From NCBI GenBank assembly GCA_016926205.1, contig JAFGPB010000087.1, forward strand, positions 1 to 60,919: a stretch of DNA of 60,919 nucleotides, in the 5' to 3' direction. Under the pieces are notes generated by a model. It was not told where the DNA came from and did no database searches. It saw only the letters and a program-made list of their open reading frames with translations. The first letter of the stretch is position 1. Each line of letters opens with the position of its first letter. Positions 30,832 through 39,679 of this stretch are shown one piece after another. The translations under genes were made by a program, and so were the position numbers. Origin of the DNA: Bacteroidales bacterium (GTDB lineage: Bacteria > Bacteroidota > Bacteroidia > Bacteroidales > UBA10428).

Positions 30832-31461
30832 TTACAAGGTGATTGTAACTCCCAGCGAAATGTTGGACGGATAGATATCAAATCCAAAACTGCTTATAAT
30901 GTTTTTGTTATCATCCTCGTCGGTCAGGGTTTCAATTTCAAAACCCATCCAGCCAATTTTTGCCTCAAGCGCCAGACGTTCTGTCAGGTAATAATAAACT
31001 CCCGGGATAATGCCGGCGGAGAACTGTGTTACTGTGTATTCGAAAGAACCTCCGGTGAAATGAATTTTTGCATTGCCAAAAGAGCTCTTAAACGAAGCTT
31101 CGGCAAATATTCCTCCCTGACCTGAAATCAAATAATACCGAAGGAAGGGATTCACAATATAAAGCAATCCTGTATATTTTTCAGGATCACCAACCATTGG
31201 TTCCGGATATTTTGTGATCTCGGCATTCACCCCCAGATATGCACCGACAGCCAGTCTGTCGCCCGGAAAATATCCGGCGCCCGGCAGGATGCTGATCATC
31301 GTGGTGATTTCATTATCCTGTGTTGTTGCGTCAATCCTGCTTTTATCCTTCATGGAGTAAACAGAGATATTTCCTCCCAGGAAAAGTTTTCCGGATGCAG
31401 GCTGCGCCAGCATTTTCCCGCCTAACAGCAACATAATAATGACGATGGGTATGTGTTTCAT
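30832..31461 (-). CDS. Small outer-membrane beta-barrel protein
   Basis: Signal peptide; alternating amphipathic strands (PGAGYF, VNPFLRYY, IIPGVYYYLTERLALEAKIG, ISLGVTITL). Confidence 0.75.
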   Translation of the reverse strand: MKHIPIVIIMLLLGGKMLAQPASGKLFLGGNISVYSMKDKSRIDATTQDNEITTMISILPGAGYFPGDRLAVGAYLGVNAEITKYPEPMVGDPEKYTGLLYIVNPFLRYYLISGQGGIFAEASFKSSFGNAKIHFTGGSFEYTVTQFSAGIIPGVYYYLTERLALEAKIGWMGFEIETLTDEDDNKNIISSFGFDIYPSNISLGVTITL

Positions 31462-31714
31462 TTGAATAGATATAAAATTTCAGGATTAAAAATACACAAA
31501 CTTGTGATGAATTTCATTCCCGTATGATAAAATCATGAAAAATCGAATTGAGGCGGATTGAAAACCAAGTAAACGTGAACCGTGTATGACATAGTTTCAG
31601 ATGCACTTTTTATGCTTGGATTCAAAAAAAATTAATGAAATGCTTTTGTAAATAAGAATAAAAAATATATAAATTTACCGCAATCGTAAAAGCATATAAA
31701 ACTATCGCAAAATC

Positions 31715-32008
31715 GTGGGTAAACAAAGGATTTTAAAAGCATATGAGCAACTTCCGGAGCATCTCGTTGTAAAGCTGAAAGAACGGTATCCTGATGGATT
31801 TGACGATCATATAATCACTTTTACAAATTCAAAGGGTGAAATCGAGGTGGCAATTCCCTTTGATACCGAAGAAGTATATTACCTGGTTAAACTTCCGCGT
31901 ACAAGTGCTGCTGAAGAGGAAGAAGACGTTGAATCTTCACAGTACAATGAATTTGACAATTTTGAGAGCCTTGACATTGCCGATGATGTTACCGAAGATG
32001 AAGAATAG
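31715..32008 (+). CDS. Small hypothetical protein with highly acidic C-terminal tail
   Basis: 97 aa, GTG start after an AT-rich upstream region; YPDGFDD..ITFTNSKGE..YLVK resembles small Bacteroidota hypotheticals (from recollection). Confidence 0.75.
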   Translation: MGKQRILKAYEQLPEHLVVKLKERYPDGFDDHIITFTNSKGEIEVAIPFDTEEVYYLVKLPRTSAAEEEEDVESSQYNEFDNFESLDIADDVTEDEE

Positions 32009-32011
32009 AAA

Positions 32012-32067
32012 TCCCTCATTTCCGGTTCCTCATTCCTGGTTCCTCATTCCCGGTTCCTCATTCCCGG
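32012..32067. repeat. 4 x 14-bp tandem repeat (consensus ttcctcattcccgg)
   Basis: tccctcatttccgg / ttcctcattcctgg / ttcctcattcccgg / ttcctcattcccgg between convergent stop codons. Confidence 0.92.
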
Positions 32068-32072
32068 TTGAC

Positions 32073-32750
32073 CTAAAGACTCCAGTCTATTTCATTCAGT
32101 CCGTGCCTGCGAAGAATTTCATTTGTCTTTGAGAAATGCCGGCACCCGAAAAATCCGTTATATGCCGAAAACGGGGAAGGATGCGCTGCTTTCAGGACAT
32201 AGTGTTTTTTGGTGTCGATCAATTGTTCTTTGTCCTGCGCATATTTGCCCCAAAGCAGGAAAACCAGACCGACCCTTTTATCTGACAATTTGCGGATCAC
32301 CGAATCTGTAAAGAGCTCCCACCCTTTTTTCTGGTGTGATCCGGCCTGATTGGCCCTTACCGTAAGTGTCGCATTCAAAAGCAACACGCCCTGTCTTGCC
32401 CATTTTTCCAGATTTCCGTGTTTGGGTAAAGGGTTTCCGAGATCCGAGTGAATTTCCCTGAAGATGTTTACCAGGGAAGGCGGAGGAACAACCTTTCCGG
32501 GCACCGAGAAACACAATCCGTGTGCCTGTCCCTTTCCGTGATAAGGATCCTGTCCCAGAATTACCACCCTTACCTGATCAAAAGGAGTCAGCTGAAATGC
32601 ATTGAAAATGAGCGATCCGGGAGGATAAACCGTGTGCCTGAGTTTTTCAGCAACAAGAAACTCTTTTAATTCCTGAAAATATTGTGCATTAAATTCTTCA
32701 TTCAGGATGCTCTTCCAGGTATGTTCGATCTGAGGATCAATCCGTGCCAT
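32073..32750 (-). CDS. ung: Uracil-DNA glycosylase (family 1)
   Basis: GQDPYH, AHGLCFSV, PPSL, LLLNATLTV, HPSPFS. Confidence 0.98.
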   Translation of the reverse strand: MARIDPQIEHTWKSILNEEFNAQYFQELKEFLVAEKLRHTVYPPGSLIFNAFQLTPFDQVRVVILGQDPYHGKGQAHGLCFSVPGKVVPPPSLVNIFREIHSDLGNPLPKHGNLEKWARQGVLLLNATLTVRANQAGSHQKKGWELFTDSVIRKLSDKRVGLVFLLWGKYAQDKEQLIDTKKHYVLKAAHPSPFSAYNGFFGCRHFSKTNEILRRHGLNEIDWSL

Positions 32751-32873
32751 ACCAAATTTTCATGGCCAAATGTAAAAAATAAAATCAAATTCTGATTGTT
32801 GGTAAATCCATTATCAGGCCTTTGATATATTTCCTAATTTTGAGAATCTAACAAATGAATACCGGAACGGCCT

Positions 32874-35651
32874 ATGAGTAAATGGAATGTGCTGCCATTT
32901 ATCCTGATCGCGGGACTGATCGCCATCATTGTCGCTTTGATCCTGACCGTTAAGCCGGGAGCAACAAGTGAGCCCCTGAAAGCTATACCGGTCGACGCTT
33001 CTGTAATTATTAAAGTAAATGACTTTCAGAATTTTGTTCAGGAATCCCTGGTCAGAAGCAGCACATGGGAAGAATTGAAAGCCATACCTGAATTTGACAG
33101 GCTGAACAGACAAATTCAGTTCCTCGATTCACTGTACAGGAACATGCCCGAAGCCAGAGATCTGCTGCAGGCAAAACCATCCTATATTTCAGCCCACTTC
33201 ACCGGTAAAGACCGCATCAGCTTTATGCACGTTTTCAAGCTGCCCGGAAAGCTTAATGAAAAGAGAATCAATGATCTGATACACGGATTGATCATTGATC
33301 AAGGGACCGTCAACAGCAGAAAATATGAGGGTGTCAATATTTACGAAGTGAACCTGCTCAGCCAGGAGTACATCGGTAATTTCTCCTATGCCGTCACAAA
33401 CGGTAATTTTCTGCTGAGTTTTTCTTCAATTGTTCTTGAAGATGCTATAAGACAATTGGTTTCAGATGGATCCGTAATCAGACAGGAAGGTTTTCAGGAG
33501 ATGTTCACCGCCGCGCTTAAAAATGCCAGCGTGGATGCCAACATTTTTATGAACTTTCGTGAACTGCCCCGCAGCATTTCCACTCTGGTCAAACCCGAAT
33601 TCAAAGCTGAGGTTCGTTCATTCGACACATTTTCCGACTGGGGTGAGCTTGATGTGAACACCATGCCTGATGCATTGCTGTTGAATGGTTTCGTGCACAA
33701 TTCCGATTCTGTTGTCTCAGCAGCATCCTTATTTGTGAATCAGAATCCACAGCGAATTACTTCCGATGAAGTTCTTCCTGCAACCGTTTCTGTATTTCTG
33801 ACGTTGTCATTTTCCGATGTCAACCGCTATTTTGAAGATTATCATGAATACCTGCGTGAACTCGGCAGGTATACCAATTACTGCAATACACTCCGTTCCC
33901 TGGACAACACCTATGACCTGGATTTTCTTGGTGCGTTCAAAGAGATCCTGGACCAGGAAGTTACATTGGCCTTTGATGCAGGAAATGCAGAAAATGATGC
34001 CATCGGGACACTCTTCCTGATGCGTGTGAAAAGCCGGGCTCTGGCTGAAGAAAAAATGAACGGAATCCTTAACAGCATCGCATCTTCGGAATCGAAAACA
34101 CCGGACTCATATACACACCGGTACAGATTTGACAGTGAACTGTCGTTTGCCATTCATCACCTGCCGATAAAGAAGCTTTCAGGTAAGCTTTTTGGGAGTT
34201 TGTTTGCCGGACTGGATGAGCATTTCTATGTGTTTCTGGACAACTATCTGATATTTGCATCCTCAAGAGAGGCGCTGGAAGATCTGATAACAAGTTACAT
34301 TCTGAACAGGACACTTGTATCTGTACCCTCATACAAGGATTTTAAGAACAGCATTTCTTCCCGTTCCAATATCTGTTTCTATTGCAAACTAAATGAGGGA
34401 TACCGCACTTTTGCAAGATACCTGAATCCCGAACTTGTAAAAAAATGGGAGGCTCATAAACAGGTATTTGATAAAGTGCAGGTTCTGGGCTTTCAGCTCT
34501 ATTCCCACAACGGCATGTTGTACAACAATCTGCTGGTCAAACACCTGGCATCATCGGGCACAGCCTCACCCACCCTGTGGGAAAGCAAACTGGATACGGT
34601 AACCGATTTCAAACCGACATTTGTACTCAACCACAATACCCATCAGAAGGAAATATTTGTCCAGGATATCAGCAATAATATTTACCTGATCAATCAGGTG
34701 GGCAGAATACTCTGGAAAGTCCCCCTTAATGAAAAAATCAACAGTGAGGTATACCAGATCGATTTTTACAGCAACGGTAAGCTCCAACTATTGTTCAGCA
34801 CGGCAAATCATCTTTATCTTCTGGATCGCAACGGGAATTATGTTGAAAAATATCCTGTTGAACTCCGTTCTCCTGCCACCTGCGGTATGTCGCTTATTGA
34901 TTATGACAACAACGGGAATTATCGCATTTTCATTCCGTGCGAGGACAGGCAGGTCTATGTGTATGACAAAGAAGGCAGTCTGTTAAGCGGCTGGGAGTTC
35001 GGCACGACCGAAAACATTGTAACACAGCCCGTGCAGCATTTTAAGGTGCTGGATAAAGATTACATCGTCTTCGGAGACAGGTTCAGAACTTATATCCTCG
35101 ACCGCAGGGGAAACATCAGGACCAATGTAACGACCTATTTTCAGAAGTCAACCGGTAACAGGTATTTTCTTGATGTGCCCGGACGGACCGCTGATGCACG
35201 TCTGATCACGACCGATACGGCAGGTATGGTATATTTCATTTATCTTGACGGAAGAGTGAATACGCTTGAGCTGGCAACATGCTCGAACGGTCATTATTTT
35301 GAATGTCATGATCTGAACGGAGACGGCACCAGAGAATATATATTTCTGGAAAACAACATCCTGACCGTTTACCGAAATGACAGGAGCAAAATGTTTGAAA
35401 TTGAATTCAGGGAAGCGATCAACGACAGGCCTGTTTGCTACGAATTCTCTTCAACAGACCGGAAAATCGGGATTGTCGCGCGCAATGACAACCTCATTTA
35501 TCTGATCAGCAACAACGGCAGCATTCACCGCAATTTTCCGCTTCAGGGCAATACCCTGTTCAGTATCGGCTATCTTGACAATGCAGGAACATCGTTCAAT
35601 TTACTAGTCGGCAGCAGGAATCATTTTCTTTACAATTATCAGCTGAACTGA
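32874..35651 (+). CDS. Membrane-anchored hypothetical protein, DUF3352-like N-terminal region plus C-terminal beta-propeller
   Basis: N-terminal TM helix followed by PLKAIPVDASVIIKVN; C-terminal repeats IDFYSNGKLQLLF, IDYDNNGNYRIFI, HDLNGDGTREYIF. Confidence 0.65.
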   Translation: MSKWNVLPFILIAGLIAIIVALILTVKPGATSEPLKAIPVDASVIIKVNDFQNFVQESLVRSSTWEELKAIPEFDRLNRQIQFLDSLYRNMPEARDLLQAKPSYISAHFTGKDRISFMHVFKLPGKLNEKRINDLIHGLIIDQGTVNSRKYEGVNIYEVNLLSQEYIGNFSYAVTNGNFLLSFSSIVLEDAIRQLVSDGSVIRQEGFQEMFTAALKNASVDANIFMNFRELPRSISTLVKPEFKAEVRSFDTFSDWGELDVNTMPDALLLNGFVHNSDSVVSAASLFVNQNPQRITSDEVLPATVSVFLTLSFSDVNRYFEDYHEYLRELGRYTNYCNTLRSLDNTYDLDFLGAFKEILDQEVTLAFDAGNAENDAIGTLFLMRVKSRALAEEKMNGILNSIASSESKTPDSYTHRYRFDSELSFAIHHLPIKKLSGKLFGSLFAGLDEHFYVFLDNYLIFASSREALEDLITSYILNRTLVSVPSYKDFKNSISSRSNICFYCKLNEGYRTFARYLNPELVKKWEAHKQVFDKVQVLGFQLYSHNGMLYNNLLVKHLASSGTASPTLWESKLDTVTDFKPTFVLNHNTHQKEIFVQDISNNIYLINQVGRILWKVPLNEKINSEVYQIDFYSNGKLQLLFSTANHLYLLDRNGNYVEKYPVELRSPATCGMSLIDYDNNGNYRIFIPCEDRQVYVYDKEGSLLSGWEFGTTENIVTQPVQHFKVLDKDYIVFGDRFRTYILDRRGNIRTNVTTYFQKSTGNRYFLDVPGRTADARLITTDTAGMVYFIYLDGRVNTLELATCSNGHYFECHDLNGDGTREYIFLENNILTVYRNDRSKMFEIEFREAINDRPVCYEFSSTDRKIGIVARNDNLIYLISNNGSIHRNFPLQGNTLFSIGYLDNAGTSFNLLVGSRNHFLYNYQLN

Positions 35652-35722
35652 ATGTCTTTTATTCATAACTTCCAGGATGGTTCAAGTGTAAATAAATATT
35701 CTAACTTTGCAAAAAAAGGAAG

Positions 35723-35980
35723 ATGGCTTTACTCAGAACCATATTAATACTGATTATAATCTACTATGTCGTTCAGATTTTTACACGTTATATATTCCCT
35801 GCTCTGTTTTACAACCATATGGAAGATAAGGTGAATGAATTCTCCAAAAACCAGAAAAAACAGCAAAAAAAGGCAGCAAAGCGTGAAGGCGAAATTACCA
35901 TCGACTACATCCCGGAGAAACATTCCGGGGAAAAACAGGGAGAAGGAGAATACGTTGACTACGAAGAAGTGAAAGAATAA
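35723..35980 (+). CDS. Small membrane protein, DUF4834-like
   Basis: N-terminal TM helix, Q/K-rich linker, EGEITIDY and terminal GEYVDYEEVKE; TAACTTTG at 35702-35709. Confidence 0.75.
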   Translation: MALLRTILILIIIYYVVQIFTRYIFPALFYNHMEDKVNEFSKNQKKQQKKAAKREGEITIDYIPEKHSGEKQGEGEYVDYEEVKE

Positions 35981-36745
35981 TCAGGAATCTTTTGAGGTGA
36001 GCGACTTGATCTTCTTGGCAAAATTGGAGGCAAAAACGAAATCATTCAGGTGCTCATTATCGCTGTCCAGGATCTCTTCCCTCGTGCCCTCCCAGCATTT
36101 GAAGCCCTGATGAATAAAAATTACCTTCTGTCCGATTTCCATTACTGAGTTCATATCATGTGTGTTCACGACTGTTGTTATGCTGTAATCGTGTGTAATC
36201 TCGCTGATCAGGTCATCAATAACAAGTGCCGTTTTCGGATCCAGACCGGAATTCGGCTCATCACAGAACAGGTATCTCGGATTCTGTACAATAGCCCTGG
36301 CTATGGCCACCCTCTTTTTCATGCCCCCGCTCAGTTCACCGGGGAATAATTTATTGACATTGTCCAGATTCACCCTTTTCAGACATACATTGGCCCTCTC
36401 CCTCTTCTCATCCCATGGCATTTGCGTGAACATACTGAGCGGGAATATAACGTTTTCCTCAACAGTAAGCGAATCAAACAGTGCCCCTCCCTGAAACATC
36501 ATGCCTATTTCCTTCCGCAATTCTTTTCTGCCGGTGAAGTTCATCCCCACAAAATTGCGGTTGTCAAAAATTACCGCACCCTGGTCTGCTTCATGCAATC
36601 CCACGATGCATTTCATCAGGACCGTCTTTCCCGATCCGCTTCTGCCGATGATCAGGTTCGTCTTGCCCCTTTCGAAGGTTACAGATATATCCTCAAGCAC
36701 AGGCACACCTGCAAAGGATTTGTAAAGATGTTCCACTTCAATCAT
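35981..36745 (-). CDS. mlaF: MlaF/Mkl-family ABC transporter ATP-binding protein
   Basis: GRSGSGKT, FQGGALFDSLTVEENV, LSGGMKKRVAIARA, DEPNSGLDP; ATG at 36745 overlaps the mlaE stop. Confidence 0.88.
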   Translation of the reverse strand: MIEVEHLYKSFAGVPVLEDISVTFERGKTNLIIGRSGSGKTVLMKCIVGLHEADQGAVIFDNRNFVGMNFTGRKELRKEIGMMFQGGALFDSLTVEENVIFPLSMFTQMPWDEKRERANVCLKRVNLDNVNKLFPGELSGGMKKRVAIARAIVQNPRYLFCDEPNSGLDPKTALVIDDLISEITHDYSITTVVNTHDMNSVMEIGQKVIFIHQGFKCWEGTREEILDSDNEHLNDFVFASNFAKKIKSLTSKDS

Positions 36746-37485
36746 CAGGCGAGCATTAATTGGGTAAGGATCACATCTGCCAGCAATATCAGAATACTGC
36801 TGTATACCACTCCCCGGGTACTGCAACGGCCCACTTCCAGTGCGCCTCCCTGAACATAGTAACCGTGAAAAGCGGTTACCGATGTGATAATAAAGGCATA
36901 AACCACTGTTTTTACCAGTGCATAAGTGATGTAAAAAGGAATGAACCAGTATTGAATGCCATATATGTAATCGGAGGAAGAAAGTGCACCGGTCACGATA
37001 CACGCCATCCATCCCCCGAAGATTCCCACAACCATGCTGATGATTGTAAGTACGGGATTGAATACCATGGTGGCAAGGATTTTCGGCAGTATGAGATAGC
37101 TTGCTGAATTGATCCCCATCATTTCCAGTGCATCAATTTGCTCGGTGATGCGCATATGACCGATTTCAGAAGCTATATTTGATCCCACCTTGCCTGCCAG
37201 AATCAGTCCCACCATGGTTGACGAAAACTCAAGCAGGATCGTGTCCCTGGCGGTAAGACCAATCAAATACAGGGGTATCCAGGAGCTCTCAAGATTATAA
37301 CGGGTTTGCAACGTGATGACCGCACCAATGAATATGGAAATGACAATCACAATGCCGATTGAATTGATCCCCAGGCTGTCAATTTCCCTGATGGTCTGTT
37401 GAAGGTAAATTTTTGTCTTCTCCGGCCGGGAAAATACCCGTGTGACAAAGATGATGTATTTACCGAAAGCTGATATGGTTTTCAT
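36745..37485 (-). CDS. mlaE: MlaE-family ABC transporter permease
   Basis: LAGKVGSNIASEIGHMRITEQIDALEMMG, GGALEVG; ATG at 37485. Confidence 0.9.
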   Translation of the reverse strand: MKTISAFGKYIIFVTRVFSRPEKTKIYLQQTIREIDSLGINSIGIVIVISIFIGAVITLQTRYNLESSWIPLYLIGLTARDTILLEFSSTMVGLILAGKVGSNIASEIGHMRITEQIDALEMMGINSASYLILPKILATMVFNPVLTIISMVVGIFGGWMACIVTGALSSSDYIYGIQYWFIPFYITYALVKTVVYAFIITSVTAFHGYYVQGGALEVGRCSTRGVVYSSILILLADVILTQLMLA

Positions 37486-37627
37486 CCGCAAATACTTTAA
37501 ATACAATAGTCAATTTAAATGTCCAGTTCAGCTGCTCATTAGGTCACTGCATCAAATTTAATTGATTCATGAAAACGATTTTATTAAATTCGCTGAAAGT
37601 TATTCAAAAAACCAATATTGACATCTG

Positions 37628-38722
37628 ATGAACAGACATCATTACTGCGTGATCATGGCAGGTGGTATCGGAAGCCGCTTCTGGCCATTGAGCAAGACCA
37701 AAAAACCAAAGCAGTTTCTTGACATTCTGGGTACAGGCAGAACATTGATCCAACAGACATTTGACCGTTTGACCCGTGTATTTCTGCCTGAAAACATCTA
37801 CATCGTCACCAACGAGGACTACAAAGACCTGGTTATTGCACAGCTGCCTGCAATCCGACCGGAGCAGCTGCTTCTTGAACCTCTGAGGCGCAATACAGCA
37901 CCGTGTATTGCCTATGCCAATCAGAAAATCGCATTCCGGGATCCCGGGGCCCTGATACTGGTAGCACCTTCAGACCATCTGATCCTGAAAGAAGGAGAAT
38001 TTCTGGAGGTTGTGAAAAAGGGACTTGCTTTTGTGAGCGAAAACGATCACATACTCACACTGGGCATTCAGCCTGACAGGCCTGAAACTGGTTACGGCTA
38101 CATTCAGGTAAATGGCGACAAAACGCAGATCGAACTCAACAAAAGCTTCCGTAAAGTAAAGACCTTCACGGAGAAACCCGATATCAAAATGGCTGAGATA
38201 TTCATCAACAGTGGTGACTTTTTCTGGAATTCCGGTATGTTTTTCTGGTCTCTGAAAACCATTAACCGTGCCTTTGATATATATCTTCCTGAAATAACCC
38301 GTTTGTTTAAGGAGGGAGCCAAATATTATAATACACCCCAGGAGGCCGAATTCATAGGCAAAGTTTATCCGAACTGCAGAAATATATCCATTGATTACGG
38401 CATCATGGAGAAAACTGATAATGTATATGTGCTGTGTTCCGATTTTGGCTGGTCCGACCTGGGTACCTGGGGCTCACTGTATGATATGATGACCAAGAAC
38501 GAAGATCAAAGCACCGTTACCGGCAAACATGTATATACATACAATACCCGCAACTGCATCATCAACCTCCCTGAAAACAAGCTTGCCGTGATTCAGGGAC
38601 TCGACGGTTACATTGTCGTTGAATCAGACAATATCCTGCTGATCTGCCGGAGAGAAGATGAGCAGAAGATCAAGAATTTTGTAAATGATGTAAAGATAGA
38701 GGAAGGAGAGTCGTTTGTGTAA
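37628..38722 (+). CDS. manC: Mannose-1-phosphate guanylyltransferase
   Basis: MAGGIGSRFWPLS, PKQFL, EPLRRNTAPCI, ETGYGYI, FTEKP, WNSGMF, SIDYGIME, WSDLGTW; no isomerase domain. Confidence 0.93.
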   Translation: MNRHHYCVIMAGGIGSRFWPLSKTKKPKQFLDILGTGRTLIQQTFDRLTRVFLPENIYIVTNEDYKDLVIAQLPAIRPEQLLLEPLRRNTAPCIAYANQKIAFRDPGALILVAPSDHLILKEGEFLEVVKKGLAFVSENDHILTLGIQPDRPETGYGYIQVNGDKTQIELNKSFRKVKTFTEKPDIKMAEIFINSGDFFWNSGMFFWSLKTINRAFDIYLPEITRLFKEGAKYYNTPQEAEFIGKVYPNCRNISIDYGIMEKTDNVYVLCSDFGWSDLGTWGSLYDMMTKNEDQSTVTGKHVYTYNTRNCIINLPENKLAVIQGLDGYIVVESDNILLICRREDEQKIKNFVNDVKIEEGESFV

Positions 38723-38751
38723 AAAAATCCGCATCCTGCCGGGCACACAAT

Positions 38752-38780
38752 GAAAAGGGCGGCTTGCGGCCACCCCTTTC
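38752..38780 (-). terminator. Intrinsic terminator of the porP-gldKLMN operon (possibly bidirectional)
   Basis: Minus-strand GAAAGGGGTGGC-cgcaa-GCCGCCCTTTTC pairs fully with two G-U pairs, just past the gldN stop. Confidence 0.75.
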
Positions 38781-38797
38781 TTTTTCAAAGATCTTTT

Positions 38798-39661
38798 TCA
38801 ATATTCCCACATATCGTGTTCGATGTTGAAAAGCCATTCCTTGACCTGTTCAGCCTCCAGCAGGGCATCCATACCTACTGAATAGGAATTGATTGCCCTG
38901 TTTGCGTAAACGTTTGATTCCGCGAAAATATAGCTTGAGAACCTTCGTTGCATAAAAAAGTCGTCAAAGGAAATACGCTGTGCATCATTGTTGTTGTTAA
39001 AAATCTCATGATTTGCCAGCAACGGTCTGATCTCCGGGAAATATATCCAGAATGTCTGCCTTTTCCTGATGACATCCGTCGGGAGGCCATCTTCATCAGG
39101 CTGGTTGTATACCCGTATCGGGCACAATCCAATAATTCTGACATTCATGACCGAATTGTTGCGGTCGAAGAACCACTTTTCCTTTACCAGGATCTGTTTT
39201 ACCTCATCAAGCCTTCTTTCGTTATGAATGGTCGTGTCCCTCGGCAATCCTGTATCCAGATCTATGATTCTAATGGTTTCCGTACCCGCACCCATTTCTG
39301 CATCAATCCTGCTGCGGTCAAGTGGCAGGGTAAACTCATTGTTCGGATCATCGGTGGAATACGCACGGATGCCCATGTTATCGATTCCCCAGAGAATGAG
39401 GGAAGTCAGACTGAAACGGTCCCCGATGGGTTCTGTCGGATAATACAAAGGAAGGTTCTGAAGCTGTGTCAGATCTATGATCCTGTAAATGTCCTTCGCC
39501 CATAGTACATCGGCTTCACGCACCCATGTATAGGGTATAGGATCCTTATTGGGAATGTGTTCACGTGTATACACCTCTGTCAGTATATCCTGGGTAAAAG
39601 ACCTTTGCCCGGTAACTCCAACAATTGCCAGTACCACGAAAATGAATGCTGCTCGTCTCAT
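38798..39661 (-). CDS. gldN: T9SS/gliding ring protein GldN/PorN
   Basis: VREADVLWAKDIYRIIDL, PLYYP, KEKWFFD, RIIGLCP, FWIYFPEIR, RRFSSYI, EHDMWEY. Confidence 0.94.
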   Translation of the reverse strand: MRRAAFIFVVLAIVGVTGQRSFTQDILTEVYTREHIPNKDPIPYTWVREADVLWAKDIYRIIDLTQLQNLPLYYPTEPIGDRFSLTSLILWGIDNMGIRAYSTDDPNNEFTLPLDRSRIDAEMGAGTETIRIIDLDTGLPRDTTIHNERRLDEVKQILVKEKWFFDRNNSVMNVRIIGLCPIRVYNQPDEDGLPTDVIRKRQTFWIYFPEIRPLLANHEIFNNNNDAQRISFDDFFMQRRFSSYIFAESNVYANRAINSYSVGMDALLEAEQVKEWLFNIEHDMWEY

Positions 39662-39679
39662 CTCAACTCAATTTTGTTG

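Noticed and set aside
36746-37012. 89-aa N-terminal extension of the ABC ATPase ORF
   Set aside because: Overlaps mlaE in another frame; the real start is the ATG at 36745 coupled to the mlaE stop
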